Shown here in pieces: positions 15,667 to 26,019 of a stretch of 64,000 nt of DNA. The DNA lies in NCBI GenBank assembly GCA_965203565.1, contig OZ241896.1:681707-745706 (forward strand), read 5' to 3'. The notes beneath the pieces were generated by a model that saw nothing but the letters and a program-made list of their open reading frames with translations, searched no databases and had not been told where the DNA came from. Both the position numbers and the translations under genes were made by a program. This stretch comes from Vicinamibacterales bacterium. GTDB taxonomy: Bacteria > Acidobacteriota > Vicinamibacteria > Vicinamibacterales > UBA8438. Each line of letters opens with the position of its first letter. Within the stretch, counting starts at the first letter, position 1.

Positions 15667-15757
15667 CCGCGGGCCGGCCGGCCCGCCGCCGCGTTCCGGG
15701 TGGATGCAGCGCGCGATTCAGCGACCGTCCCCGCTGCGCCGGCGCCCGTATCCGCGT

Positions 15758-17866
15758 TCAGCGCAGCACGTCGCTCGCTTCGGCTTCCCGGACGTACCGC
15801 TCGGCGTCCTCTTCAAGCAGGAACCGCTCCCGCACGAGGTCGGCCGTCGCTCGCCGGACCGCCTCCACGTACCCGGCGTGGTCGCCGTACCGCTCTTCGA
15901 GCGACGGCCGGGGGTCGCCCGCCGCCTCGCGCTCCGCCCGGGTCCGGGCGAACGGCAGGAACGAGCCGGTCAGGCCGCAGAGGTTCCCCGCGCGCCGGCC
16001 CTCCGCCCGCACGTTCCATCCCAGGTTGGTGCCGAGCGGGACGCGCACCTCCAGCGGCCGGACGCCGGCGTGGTTGAGCCCGTCCGCATCGGCCGAGGGG
16101 ACCAGCACGGCGTAGGCGGGTCCGATGCCGGGCGGCAGCCGCGTCAGGTAGCCGCCGGTCGAGCCGAACCCGGGCCCGAAGTCGAGCAGCGACACCCCGC
16201 TGAGGTCCTGCACCATCCCCGCGCCGGGAATCCGCGGGAACCGCTCCACGTACTCGTCGAGCGGGACCAGCGTGCCGTCCTCCACCCGCGGATACCGGCT
16301 CGGCGGCGGCTCCACGCCGCGGTCAGCCCAGGCGTCGAGCGCCGTCAGCAGGGCGCGGTGCGTCGGGCCGTGGTAGTTCGGGTTGGTCGGATGGGCGCAC
16401 AGGTCGTCCGTTCCGGGCACTTCCGCGGTCGGATCGCCGCCGCTGTGCTGGAAGTTCGAGAACAGGTACAACCGCACGTTGTCCGGCACGAACACCGGCC
16501 GCCCGAGGCCGTCGTGCACGTTCAGCGACGCCTTCATCGTGTAGAACTCGTTCTCGCTGTCGGTCTGGATCACCACCGGATCGGTCGCCGGCCGCTTCAG
16601 GATCCCGTCGCGGATCCCGGAGAGCGGGTCGGTGACCACCGCGTACTGCATCGGCGGGTACGACGTCGACAGGAAGTGGCGCCGGTCGTCCTGCCGCGAG
16701 TAGGTGTTCGGGTCGGCGAACGCCACGTTGGCGAACAGCCGGTGCGACCCGGGGATGTGAACGTTGACGGCGTCGAACACCCGCCGGTGCGCCTCGTCCT
16801 CGTTGAACCCGAGATAGAGGAAGTCGCGCAGGTACATCCCGGTGGAGGAAGAGCCGGAGGCGTACGCGCGCCGGACGGCGACCTCGCCGGTCTCCAGCGC
16901 CAGCGGGTTGGGCGTCCCGTCGTCGTCGCGAGCGGCGTAGCGCAGGAACGACGCCAGGTCGCGGGTGACGGCGTAGCCGAGCCCCATCACCATCGGCTCC
17001 CGGGCCGGGTAGATCAGCTCGTACAGCCGGTCGGCCCGGAACCCCTCGAACAGGCAGACGTCGGTCTCCGACGGCTCCAGGCTGTCCGGTCCCAGCGGGC
17101 AGCGCCCGAACGCCCAGGCGTCGGCCGGGATCGGGACGCCGGGGCCGGTCAGCGTCTCCCGGACGGTGAGCGACGCGGCGGCCGGATCGAGGCCGGCGGC
17201 GGGGTACGGCCGGAACCGCGCGCTGCCCTTGAGCGGCAGGGTGAACGCGCCCTCCGCCGGAATCGACCGATCCGAGAACTCGACCCGGACCGGCGCAGCG
17301 ATCGGGCGCCCGTCGGGGCCGGCCGCCACCGGTAGCTGCGGGAAGAGGAGGCCGTCCCCCGCGGCGACGTCGCCCTGCCAGCCGGCGTCCACCACGGTGT
17401 ACCCGAGCCGCATCAGGAACCCGTCGCCGGCATGCTCGGCCGTGAGCGGGTCGTTGCTCGGCGGGACGTGGTGCCAGCGCAGCCCGCTTTCGAGCTTCCG
17501 CCCCCGGTTGTTGACGCCGTAGAAGACCTTGCCGTTGCCGCGGCGCATCTCCACCGGCTTGAGGATGAAGAACGTCGTGCTGAACTCGACCAGGCCGCGG
17601 GCGTTGCGCGGCGCGCGGTCGAGGTTCACGATGACGGCGTTGAGCGGATCGTCCGGGTCGACCTCCATGTGCGCCATGCCGTCGAGCCGTTCGTACGGGC
17701 CGACCTCCCCGAACTCCATCCCGCCGGCGAAGGCGCGCCGCTGCTCGACGACGAACCGCACCACGCGCGCCTCGGCCAGCGGCGCGCACAGGGCGGCCAG
17801 CAGACACCCCGCGCCAATCGTCTTCACGCGCCCCATCGGCATGCCTCCTCGTTGCGAGTATCGCAC
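15758..17866 (-). CDS. secreted uncharacterised protein, possibly alpha/beta-hydrolase-like
   Basis: 702-aa ORF with a signal peptide (CLLAALCAPLAEA) and protein-like composition. Family assignment rests on memory only (FYGVNNRG segment). Confidence 0.35.
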   Translation of the reverse strand: MRYSQRGGMPMGRVKTIGAGCLLAALCAPLAEARVVRFVVEQRRAFAGGMEFGEVGPYERLDGMAHMEVDPDDPLNAVIVNLDRAPRNARGLVEFSTTFFILKPVEMRRGNGKVFYGVNNRGRKLESGLRWHHVPPSNDPLTAEHAGDGFLMRLGYTVVDAGWQGDVAAGDGLLFPQLPVAAGPDGRPIAAPVRVEFSDRSIPAEGAFTLPLKGSARFRPYPAAGLDPAAASLTVRETLTGPGVPIPADAWAFGRCPLGPDSLEPSETDVCLFEGFRADRLYELIYPAREPMVMGLGYAVTRDLASFLRYAARDDDGTPNPLALETGEVAVRRAYASGSSSTGMYLRDFLYLGFNEDEAHRRVFDAVNVHIPGSHRLFANVAFADPNTYSRQDDRRHFLSTSYPPMQYAVVTDPLSGIRDGILKRPATDPVVIQTDSENEFYTMKASLNVHDGLGRPVFVPDNVRLYLFSNFQHSGGDPTAEVPGTDDLCAHPTNPNYHGPTHRALLTALDAWADRGVEPPPSRYPRVEDGTLVPLDEYVERFPRIPGAGMVQDLSGVSLLDFGPGFGSTGGYLTRLPPGIGPAYAVLVPSADADGLNHAGVRPLEVRVPLGTNLGWNVRAEGRRAGNLCGLTGSFLPFARTRAEREAAGDPRPSLEERYGDHAGYVEAVRRATADLVRERFLLEEDAERYVREAEASDVLR

Positions 17867-17891
17867 GAACTCGTTGGATAATGGATCCGGA

Positions 17892-18638
17892 GTGACCGGA
17901 CGCCGATCGAACGTGACGGGCCGGGCTGGGGCCGGCCTCGATCTCGCCGCCGGACTGCTGGTGCTGACGGCCGCCGCCGCCGCCGCCTGGCGGCGACTCG
18001 ACCTGCCGGCGGCCTATCTGCTCCAGTCCGCGGCGTTGTACGCGCCGCTCGCGGCGTGCGTCGCGCGCGCCGCGCCGGCGGGCCTGCCCGGCCGGGGACT
18101 GGGCGCGGCGAACCGCGTGACGCTGGCGCGCGCGGCGCTGGCGCTCTCCATCGCGCCGCTGGCGCTCCACCTCGACCGTCCGGACGCGGCGGCGTGCTGG
18201 TGGGTCATCGCGGTGGCGACGGCGGCGCTGATCCTGGACGGGGTCGATGGGTGGGTCGCGCGCCGCACCGGCGGCGCGACCGCCTTCGGCGCCCGGTTCG
18301 ACATGGAGCTGGACGCCTTCCTGATGCTGGCGCTCTCCGCCGTGGTCTGGTCGAGCGGCCGGGTCGGCCCGTGGGTGCTGGCGATCGGGGCCATCCGGTA
18401 CCTGTTCGTCGCCGCCGGCTGGCTCCGGCCGGCGTTGCGGGCGGCGCTGCCGGCCAGCTTGCGCCGCAAGGCGATCTGCGTCGTCCAGGGGATCGCGCTG
18501 CTGGTCTGCCTGGGGCCGATCGTGCCCCGGTCCGGCGCCGTAGCCGCCGCCGCCATCGCCCTCGCGCTGCTGGTCTGTTCGTTCGCGGTCGACGTCCGCT
18601 GGCTCGTCCGGCGCGCCGCCGCCGGCGGATTAAGATGA
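17892..18638 (+). CDS. CDP-alcohol phosphatidyltransferase-family membrane protein
   Basis: Exact signature DG(x2)AR(x8)G(x3)D(x3)D in LDGVDGWVARRTGGATAFGARFDMELDAF. GTG start chosen just after the convergent upstream gene. Confidence 0.75.
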   Translation: MTGRRSNVTGRAGAGLDLAAGLLVLTAAAAAAWRRLDLPAAYLLQSAALYAPLAACVARAAPAGLPGRGLGAANRVTLARAALALSIAPLALHLDRPDAAACWWVIAVATAALILDGVDGWVARRTGGATAFGARFDMELDAFLMLALSAVVWSSGRVGPWVLAIGAIRYLFVAAGWLRPALRAALPASLRRKAICVVQGIALLVCLGPIVPRSGAVAAAAIALALLVCSFAVDVRWLVRRAAAGGLR

Positions 18639-19588
18639 TGGACAGGATGCGCACGCTGCGAGGACGGCGCCGGAGCGGAGGCGGACCGATCGCCGTCGCC
18701 GGCTCGCTCGCCGCGGCCGGGCTGATCGCCGCCGTTCCGGCGCACCGGCCGCCCGCGTCCTGGCAGCCCGCGCAGTCGCCGCAGCTTCCGGCGATCGGCA
18801 GCCAGCAGCGCCACGCGCGCGGCCGGAACGTCGTGCCGCTGTACCGGGGCTGGTTCACCGGTGAGGACGGCCGGATCTACGCCGCCTTCGAATATCTGAA
18901 CCTGAACTCCGACGAGACGCTGCACGTCCCGGTCGGCCCCGACAACGCCCTCGCGCCGGGGCCGGCCGACCAGGGGCAGCCGGCCTGGTTCCTGCCGGGG
19001 CATCGGCGCGGCGTCTTCGCGGCGCCGGTCCCGGAAGGGTCCGGGCCGGCGGAGATCACGTGGACGCTCCGCGTCCGCGGCCGGACCATCACCATGCCGT
19101 CGAACCTGGGCCCGCTGTACGAGATCGAGGGGCTCGTGAACCACGGCGGCTCGTTCCCCGGCAACACGCCCCCCGTCGTGCGGCTCGCGCCGGACGGCCC
19201 GCCGGCGCAGGGACCGGCCGGGACGTCGGGCGCAATCGAGGCGCGCGCGGGCGAGGCCGCGCCGCTCGACCTGTGGGTGACGGACGACGGGCTGCCCCCG
19301 CCGCCCGACCGCTCGAAGGTGATCCGGTCGCTGCAGCGCAGCTACCGGCGGGGCGACGCCAGCGCGGAAGGGGTGACGGTGGCGTGGACCCGGTACCGGG
19401 GGACCGGTACGGTAAGCTTCTCCGACCCCGACCCGCCCGTCGAGCAGGGCCGGGCCGGCACGACCGCGACGTTCGACCAGCCGGGCGAGTACGTGCTGCG
19501 GGCGCTGGTCTCCGACGGCTCGGGATTCGACGGCTGCTGCTGGACGAACGTCTACGTCGCGGCCGTCGTGCGGCCCGCGGGCCGGTAG
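18635..19588 (+). CDS. hypothetical secreted protein (C-terminal Ig/PKD-like end)
   Basis: ATG overlaps the preceding stop as ATGA. Signal-like IAVAGSLAAAGLIAAVPA. Ends GEYVLRALVSDGSGFDGCCWTNVYVAAV. Confidence 0.5.
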   Translation: MMDRMRTLRGRRRSGGGPIAVAGSLAAAGLIAAVPAHRPPASWQPAQSPQLPAIGSQQRHARGRNVVPLYRGWFTGEDGRIYAAFEYLNLNSDETLHVPVGPDNALAPGPADQGQPAWFLPGHRRGVFAAPVPEGSGPAEITWTLRVRGRTITMPSNLGPLYEIEGLVNHGGSFPGNTPPVVRLAPDGPPAQGPAGTSGAIEARAGEAAPLDLWVTDDGLPPPPDRSKVIRSLQRSYRRGDASAEGVTVAWTRYRGTGTVSFSDPDPPVEQGRAGTTATFDQPGEYVLRALVSDGSGFDGCCWTNVYVAAVVRPAGR

Positions 19589-19633
19589 CGGCGGACGGAC
19601 GGCGGCGCAGGACGGCGCAGAAAGGACGACGTC

Positions 19634-21052
19634 ATGAAGCAGCGGGACGCGCGCGGCGGCAGGCGGCGGCGGACCGGAGCCTGTCTGCTGACGGCCGGCA
19701 TGACGGCCGGATTCGCGGGCGCCGCTGCGGCTCAGCAACCCGCGGCCCGGCCGGAGGTCACCTTCGCGCGGGACGTCGCGCCGATCTTCCAGCGGAAGTG
19801 CCAGGAGTGCCACCGGCCGGACAGCATGGCGCCGATGTCGCTGCTGACGTACGAGGAGTCCCGCCCCTGGGCGCGCGCCATCCGGGCGCGGGTCGCCGCG
19901 CGGGAGATGCCGCCGTGGTTCCTCGACAGGACGGTGGGGATTCAGCAGTTCATCAACGACGCCTCGCTGAGCGACGCAGAGATTGACGTCGTCGTCCGCT
20001 GGGTCGACGCCGGCGCGCCGGCCGGCGACCCAGCGGACCTGCCGCCGCCGCGCGTCTGGCCCGACGGCGACCGGTTCCGGCTGGAGTCCGCGCTCGGGCC
20101 GCCCGACCTCGTCGTCCGGTCGGTCCCGTTCACCATGCCGGCGGTGGCGCAGGACACGTTCTTCCGCCCGTTCGTCGACGTGCCGCTGACCGAACCGCGC
20201 TGGATCCGGGCCGCCGAGACCAAGCCGTCGGGGCGCGACGGCCGGCGCATCGCGCATCACGCGTCGACCTTCCTCCACCAGCCCGAGACGCCGGAGTTCC
20301 TGGAGGCCGAACGCGCCATGCTCGCAGGCCAGGCGGCGGCCGACGCCGTGCTGCAAGTGGCCCGCGACCGCGCCGGCGGCGACCCGATCGACACGCGCGA
20401 GATGTTCACGGAATGGGCGCAGGGGAAGGGGGGCGAAATCTATCCCGAGGACACCGGCAAGCTGGTGCTGCCGGGCGCGCGGGTGGAGTTCTCCATCCAT
20501 TACCATGCGGTCGGCGAGGAGATCACCGACCGGCTCGAGGTCGGGTGGTGGTTTCATCCGAAGGGGGTCACGCCGAAGTACAGCGCGTCGTTCGTCTCGG
20601 TCGGAAGCGTGAACGTGAAACCGCTGCATATCCCGCCCCACACCGAAACGGTGCACCAGGGCTCCTACACGCTGCCGGCGCCCGCCATCCTGCACAACTT
20701 CCAGCCGCACATGCACTATCGGGGGAAGGCGTTCTCGCTCGAAGCGATCTACCCGGACGGCCGCCGCGAGCTGCTCAACCACGCCGACCGGTTCAGCAAC
20801 GACTGGCACGTCAACTACATCTACCACCCGGACCACGCGCCGGTGCTGCCGGGCGGCGCGGTGCTGCAGATCACGGCGTGGCACGACAACACGGCGGCCA
20901 ACCGGAACAACCCCGACCCCCGCCAGTGGGTCTGGTACGGGCCGCGCACGGTGGACGAGATGGCCCACTCGAACGCGCAGCTGATCTTCATCGGCGACGA
21001 CGACTACGAACGGCTCACCGAGGAGCGCCGCCGCCGAACCAGCCAGGATTGA
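19634..21052 (+). CDS. cytochrome-c domain fused to a copper type-II monooxygenase (PHM/DBH)-like domain
   Basis: N-terminal VAPIFQRKCQECHRPDSMAPMSLLTYEE...MPPW (CxxCH). C-terminal HYHAVGEE and PHMHYRGK His clusters. Confidence 0.5.
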   Translation: MKQRDARGGRRRRTGACLLTAGMTAGFAGAAAAQQPAARPEVTFARDVAPIFQRKCQECHRPDSMAPMSLLTYEESRPWARAIRARVAAREMPPWFLDRTVGIQQFINDASLSDAEIDVVVRWVDAGAPAGDPADLPPPRVWPDGDRFRLESALGPPDLVVRSVPFTMPAVAQDTFFRPFVDVPLTEPRWIRAAETKPSGRDGRRIAHHASTFLHQPETPEFLEAERAMLAGQAAADAVLQVARDRAGGDPIDTREMFTEWAQGKGGEIYPEDTGKLVLPGARVEFSIHYHAVGEEITDRLEVGWWFHPKGVTPKYSASFVSVGSVNVKPLHIPPHTETVHQGSYTLPAPAILHNFQPHMHYRGKAFSLEAIYPDGRRELLNHADRFSNDWHVNYIYHPDHAPVLPGGAVLQITAWHDNTAANRNNPDPRQWVWYGPRTVDEMAHSNAQLIFIGDDDYERLTEERRRRTSQD

Positions 21053-21057
21053 ATGCC

Positions 21058-22287
21058 ATGCGTAACGTCGATGCCCTGTCGCGGCGCGGATTCCTCCTGA
21101 ACGCCGCCGGCGGCGTGAGCCTGCTCGGCGTCATGCGCCTGCTGCGCGAGGCCGGGCTGCTCGCCCAGGGCCGCGGCCGCGCGGGGGCGGATCCCCGGCA
21201 GGTCTTCCAGGCGGCCGTGGACGAAGCGATTCGCGCGGGCGAGGTCGGCATCCAGTTCGCCGTCTATCAGGGCGAGGATCTGGTCGTCGACGTCTGGGGC
21301 GGGGTGGCCGACGAGACCACGGGCCGCATGGTCGACCGGGAGACGCTCTTCAACGTCTTCTCGGTGACCAAGGCGATCACCGCCACGGCGCTGCACGTCC
21401 AGGCCGAACGGGGGCTGGTCTCGTACGACGCGCCGATAGCGCGCTACTGGCCGGAGTTCGCGGCGCACGGCAAGGACAGGGCCACGGTGCGCGACGGCCT
21501 GAGCCACCGCACCGGGATTCCGGCCATGCCGGCGGGAGTCACGCCGGAGCAGATGGCCGACTACGACTGGATGGTGAACGCGCTGGCCGGCATGGAGCCG
21601 GTCTTCGAACCGGGCGCGACCAACGCCTACCACAGCTACACCTGGGGCTGGATCATCTCCGAGATCGTCGAGCGGACGGATCCGCGCCGGCGGCCGTTCC
21701 GCCAGTTCGTGCACGACGAGATCGCCGCGCCGCTCGGCATCGAGGACCTGTGGATGGGGCTGCCGCCGGAGGACGAGCCGCGGGTCGCCAGAATGACGAA
21801 CACCGGGATCTCTATCGCCGATCAGAGCACGGCGCGCGGGCGGTCGATGCCGATACAGGTGGCCGGCACGCAGGACGTGTTCGGACGCTCCATCATCCGG
21901 CGCGCGGTCATCCCGGGAGCCGGAGGGATCTACAACGCCGTCAGCACGGCGCGCTTCTTCGCGCTGCTGGCGAACGAAGGCCGGCTCGACGGCGTGCGCC
22001 TGCTGTCGCCGGAGCGCGTGCGCGGCTGCCTGGAGCCGCGCCCCGACACCGACGAACTCGACGTCGGCCGCGGCACGATCACGCGCGTCTCGAACGGCGG
22101 GTTCTGGCTGGAGGCGCCCGGCGTGGTCGGCGGCGGACGCATCCTGAGCCATCCGGGGCTGGGCGGCTCCATCGGCTGGGCGGACCTCGACAACCGTCTG
22201 GCGGTTGCGGTCTGCCACAACCGGCACGGACTCGCGTACGCCGAGCCGCTCGCCGGCGCCCTGGGCGAAGCGTTCGGCGTGGCGTAG
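21058..22287 (+). CDS. serine hydrolase (class C beta-lactamase/esterase family), Tat-type signal
   Basis: SRRGFLL twin-arginine motif and SVTK (SxxK) nucleophile motif. Confidence 0.75.
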   Translation: MRNVDALSRRGFLLNAAGGVSLLGVMRLLREAGLLAQGRGRAGADPRQVFQAAVDEAIRAGEVGIQFAVYQGEDLVVDVWGGVADETTGRMVDRETLFNVFSVTKAITATALHVQAERGLVSYDAPIARYWPEFAAHGKDRATVRDGLSHRTGIPAMPAGVTPEQMADYDWMVNALAGMEPVFEPGATNAYHSYTWGWIISEIVERTDPRRRPFRQFVHDEIAAPLGIEDLWMGLPPEDEPRVARMTNTGISIADQSTARGRSMPIQVAGTQDVFGRSIIRRAVIPGAGGIYNAVSTARFFALLANEGRLDGVRLLSPERVRGCLEPRPDTDELDVGRGTITRVSNGGFWLEAPGVVGGGRILSHPGLGGSIGWADLDNRLAVAVCHNRHGLAYAEPLAGALGEAFGVA

Positions 22288-22292
22288 TCGCG

Positions 22293-24200
22293 TCAGCCCG
22301 CGGCGGGGGCGCCCGACAGGCGCCGCCATACGGGGACGAGCGCGACGCCGGCGGTCAGCAGCGCGCCGATCCAGACCGCCCGCCAGGGGAGCCAGACCGG
22401 CGGCGGCGCGCCGGTGAGCCACGTGCCCGCCCCCACCAGCAGGCAGAAGACCGACAGGCCGCACGCGGCGGTCGCGCCCGCGCCGCGCGCCAGCCGCCGG
22501 GGGCCGTCGCCGGGCGGATCGCCGGCCGCCGCCGCGATCGGCCCCCAGAACCCGGCCGGCCGCGTCTTCCGGTAGAACGCGGCGAGCCGGCCGTGGTCTT
22601 CCGGCGGCGCGACCCGGACGGCGACCAGCGCGGCGGCGGTCGCCAGCGCCGCCATCAGCAGCAGGCGCGCCGCCTGATCGTCGTCGCCGAGGAGCGTCAT
22701 GAGCACCGGCGCGGCGACGATAGAAACGAGCGCGGCGGCGATCTCCGCCCAGGCGTTCACGCGCCACCAGATCCAGCGCAGCACCAGCACCACGCCCATG
22801 CCGGCGCCCATGAGCAGGCTGGCCCGCCACGCCTGCTCGATCGACGTGAGCCGGGTCATGATCAGCAGCGCGATGATCAGGATGGCGGCGTTGGCGCCCC
22901 GCGCCACCCGGACCAGCGCGCGGCCGCTCGGCTCGACGCCCCGCCACGCCCGGCAGACGAACCGCCGGTAGACGTCGTTGGTCCAGTACGAAGCGCCCCA
23001 GTTCAGGTGGGTGTCGACCGTCGAGGCGACGGCCGCCAGCATGCCGGTCAGCATCAGTCCCTTCAGCCCCGGCGGCAGCAGCTCGGCCATCCCCCGGACG
23101 TACGACGCCTCGCGTTCGGCTTGCAGGAGCGCCGGCGCGAGGTCCGGGTCGGGCGGGAAGAGGACCAGCAGCCCCAGGCCGAGCGGGAGCCACAGCAGAC
23201 TGCGCAGCACCACCTGCGTGTAGGTGAACACCACCGCCGCGGTCCGCGCGTCGGCGTCGCTCCGGCAGGCCATCGTCCGCTGCGCCAGATACCCGCTGCC
23301 GTCCGCGTTGAGCTGGATCAGCCACAGCAGGCCGATCAGGCCGAGCGCGGCCGGCGTGGCGCCGTGCGCCCGGTCCGGGGTGAACGCCAGGATCGCGTCC
23401 GGCCGGATGCCGCCCGGCCCGCCCGCCGCGAACTGCGCTCGGATACGCTCGGCGATCGCGCCCGGCCCGCCCGCCTCGGCCGCGACGATGCCCGCGAAGG
23501 CGGCCGTGCCGGCCAGCATGACGGCGATCTGCACGACGTCGGTGGCGACCACGCCGCGGAGGCCGCCGGTCGCCGAGTACGACGTGACGACGGCCAGCAG
23601 CAGCACGATCGAGATGAAGTTGCTGGCGGTCTTCGTCCAGACGTCCGGGTCGTCGGGCCGGCCGATCGTCAGGGGCGCGCCGACCCAGGCCGCCAGGTCG
23701 ACGACCGGTTCGAACAGTCCCGGCGGCAGCCACTGATCCCACGTCAGGAACGGCTCGGCGATCCGGGCCGCGGCCAGCAGCACCCAGGCCAGCACCGTGC
23801 AGTTGAGGACGGTCCCGAAGTAGATCGCCTTGACGCCGCGCAGCGCCGCCGCCGCGCGCCGCCCGTATCGCAGCTCGGTCAGCTCCGCGTCGGTCAGGAC
23901 GCCCGACCGGCGCCAGCTCGACGACAGGACGAAGCCCATCAGCAGGAACGCCAGCGCATAGATCCAGAGTCGCCACAGCGCGAAGATTCCGGCGGTGGCG
24001 ATCAGGCCGGTGACGAGCAGCGGGGTGTCGGCGGCGAACTGCGTGGCCGCCATGCTCAGGCCGGCCTTCCAGCCGGGCAGGGTGCGGCCGGCCAGGAAGT
24101 ACTCGTCGAGGCTGCGCGCCGCGGCGCGCCGGTTCCGGATCCCGGCCGCCGCCGCGTAGACGACGAAGGCGGCGACTATCGCCAGATCGGTCGGCGTCAT
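22293..24200 (-). CDS. sodium:solute symporter (SSS) family transporter
   Basis: MTPTDLAIVAAFVVYAAAAGIRNRR...DEYFLAGRTLPGWKAGLSMAATQFAADTPL; many TM helices. Alternative ATG at 24218. Confidence 0.75.
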   Translation of the reverse strand: MTPTDLAIVAAFVVYAAAAGIRNRRAAARSLDEYFLAGRTLPGWKAGLSMAATQFAADTPLLVTGLIATAGIFALWRLWIYALAFLLMGFVLSSSWRRSGVLTDAELTELRYGRRAAAALRGVKAIYFGTVLNCTVLAWVLLAAARIAEPFLTWDQWLPPGLFEPVVDLAAWVGAPLTIGRPDDPDVWTKTASNFISIVLLLAVVTSYSATGGLRGVVATDVVQIAVMLAGTAAFAGIVAAEAGGPGAIAERIRAQFAAGGPGGIRPDAILAFTPDRAHGATPAALGLIGLLWLIQLNADGSGYLAQRTMACRSDADARTAAVVFTYTQVVLRSLLWLPLGLGLLVLFPPDPDLAPALLQAEREASYVRGMAELLPPGLKGLMLTGMLAAVASTVDTHLNWGASYWTNDVYRRFVCRAWRGVEPSGRALVRVARGANAAILIIALLIMTRLTSIEQAWRASLLMGAGMGVVLVLRWIWWRVNAWAEIAAALVSIVAAPVLMTLLGDDDQAARLLLMAALATAAALVAVRVAPPEDHGRLAAFYRKTRPAGFWGPIAAAAGDPPGDGPRRLARGAGATAACGLSVFCLLVGAGTWLTGAPPPVWLPWRAVWIGALLTAGVALVPVWRRLSGAPAAG

Positions 24201-24245
24201 TGTCCGATCACGCATCATAACCGGCTGTTCGCGCACAGCAACACG

Positions 24246-24251
24246 TATACT
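24246..24251 (+). promoter_or_regulatory. candidate -10 box TATACT, 6 nt upstream of vapB-like ATG (leaderless geometry)
   Basis: ACGTATACTGTGCGCATG in an otherwise GC-rich divergent intergenic region. Confidence 0.35.
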
Positions 24252-24257
24252 GTGCGC

Positions 24258-24488
24258 ATGAAGAACGTCACTCTCAGCGTCGACGAAGCGGTGCTCCGCA
24301 CGGTGAGGCTGTACGCGGCCGAGCGCGGATCGACGGTCAACGCACTGGTCAGGGAGTTCCTGAACGGACTTGCCGGCAAGGAGGATCGTGCGCGCCGTGC
24401 GCGCCGTCGGATCGTCGAGTTGAGCGCGCGGTCGACGGCCCGGATCGGTTCCCGGACGTGGCCCCGTGAGGATCTGCATGAACGTTGA
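24258..24488 (+). CDS. ribbon-helix-helix-type antitoxin (VapB-like)
   Basis: 76 aa, MKNVTLSVDEAVLRTVRLYAAERGSTVNALVREFLNGL. Overlaps the downstream PIN gene. Confidence 0.65.
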   Translation: MKNVTLSVDEAVLRTVRLYAAERGSTVNALVREFLNGLAGKEDRARRARRRIVELSARSTARIGSRTWPREDLHER

Positions 24489-24900
24489 GGCGCTGCTCGA
24501 CACCAACGTGCTGGTGTACGCAGCCGCCGGCCGGGGGCTGGACGACGTCAAGCGGCGGCGCGCGCTGGCGCTGATCGACGAGGTCGACTTCGGACTCTCG
24601 GCCCAGGTGCTCCAGGAGTTCTACGTCACCGTCGTGCACAAGGTTCAGGTCCCGCTGAGCGTAGCTGATGCGCTCGCCTGGATCGAGCAGTTCGACGCGT
24701 TTCCCTGCCAGGCGCTCGACTCCAGCATCGTCAAGAGCGCCGCCGAGATCAGCCAGCGTCACCGCATCAGCTACTGGGATGGAGCGATCGTCGCCGCCGC
24801 CGAAGCACTGGGCGCCCGCACCCTCTTCACCGAAGACCTGAGCCACGGTCAGCTCTACGACACGGTGCGGGTCGAGAATCCGTTCCGCAGCCTGACTTGA
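24478..24900 (+). CDS. vapC: PIN-domain toxin VapC
   Basis: MNVEALLDTNVLVYAA..., SAQVLQEFY, ISYWDGAIVAAA, FTEDLSHG acidic PIN residues. Confidence 0.8.
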   Translation: MNVEALLDTNVLVYAAAGRGLDDVKRRRALALIDEVDFGLSAQVLQEFYVTVVHKVQVPLSVADALAWIEQFDAFPCQALDSSIVKSAAEISQRHRISYWDGAIVAAAEALGARTLFTEDLSHGQLYDTVRVENPFRSLT

Positions 24901-24998
24901 CAGAACCCCGCGTCGCGCCGGCGGCGGCCGGCTTTGTCCTGGCCGCGGGTCGGCGTATGCTGTGCACCACGGGGTCCGAACGCGGAAGGAGTGGCGGA

Positions 24999-26012
24999 AT
25001 GACGAAAACACTGGCCTTGCTCGGCCTGACCGCCGGGGCCGTCCTGCACGGGAGCGCGGCGGAGGCCGGCGCGCAGGACTGCGCGGCGGCGGACGTGGAG
25101 TTCGTATGCGATCAGGTCGGTCCGGAAGACCTCGCCGCGGCGCCGGGCACGCCGTGGGTCCTGGCCTCGAGCTATCCGGAGGGGAGCGGCGGCCTCCGGG
25201 TGATCGACACGCGCGACCTGACCACCACGGCGCTCCTCCCCGCCGCGGCGCCGCGCGAGCGGTTCGACCGCGCCACTTACGGTTCCTGCCCGGGGCCTGT
25301 CGCGGTGGACAACACGCACGGACTGTACGTCGCGCCGGGGACCGGTCCGGTCCGCACGGTGTACGCCACCCACCACGGCGCCCGCGAGTCGGTGGAGGTG
25401 TTCGAGCTCGACGTCGGGACCGAGCCGCCCGAGCTGACCTGGATCGGGTGCGTCGTGGCGCCCGAGCCGCTGAACCTGAACTCGGTGGTCGCGCTGCCGG
25501 ACGGCGGCTTCGCGGCCACCAGTTTCCGCGACCTCGGCGCGCCGATAGAGCCGATCATGACCGGCGCGTTCTCGGGGGCCATCTGGGAATGGCGTCCGGG
25601 CGCCGGGTGGGAGATGGTCCCCGGCAGCGAGACGTCCGGGCCGAACGGGCTCGAGATCTCGCCCGACGGCCGGTGGTTCTACGTCGGCGGCTGGGGGACG
25701 CAGTCGTTCATCCGGCTGTCCCGGGGGCGGACGCCGATCCAGCGCGCCGAGGTCGCCGCCGAGTTCCGGATCGACAACCTCCGGATGCAGCCGGACGGCT
25801 CGATCCTGGCGACCGGTCAGGGGAGCAAGGGCGCACCGATGACCACCTCGAACGTCGCCCGGGTCGACCCGGAGACGCTGACGCTGGAGGAGATCATCCG
25901 CCGCCCGAACGACGAGACGTTCGCGATGGGGACGACGGCGATAGAGGTCGGCGACGAGATCTGGGTCGGCTCGCTCCAGGGCGATCGGATCGCGCGCTTT
26001 CCGGCCGAGTAG
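24999..26012 (+). CDS. secreted six-bladed beta-propeller protein (SMP-30/arylesterase/strictosidine-synthase-like)
   Basis: Signal [44 protein letters not shown] motif. Confidence 0.45.
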   Translation: MTKTLALLGLTAGAVLHGSAAEAGAQDCAAADVEFVCDQVGPEDLAAAPGTPWVLASSYPEGSGGLRVIDTRDLTTTALLPAAAPRERFDRATYGSCPGPVAVDNTHGLYVAPGTGPVRTVYATHHGARESVEVFELDVGTEPPELTWIGCVVAPEPLNLNSVVALPDGGFAATSFRDLGAPIEPIMTGAFSGAIWEWRPGAGWEMVPGSETSGPNGLEISPDGRWFYVGGWGTQSFIRLSRGRTPIQRAEVAAEFRIDNLRMQPDGSILATGQGSKGAPMTTSNVARVDPETLTLEEIIRRPNDETFAMGTTAIEVGDEIWVGSLQGDRIARFPAE

Positions 26013-26019
26013 GCCAGCC

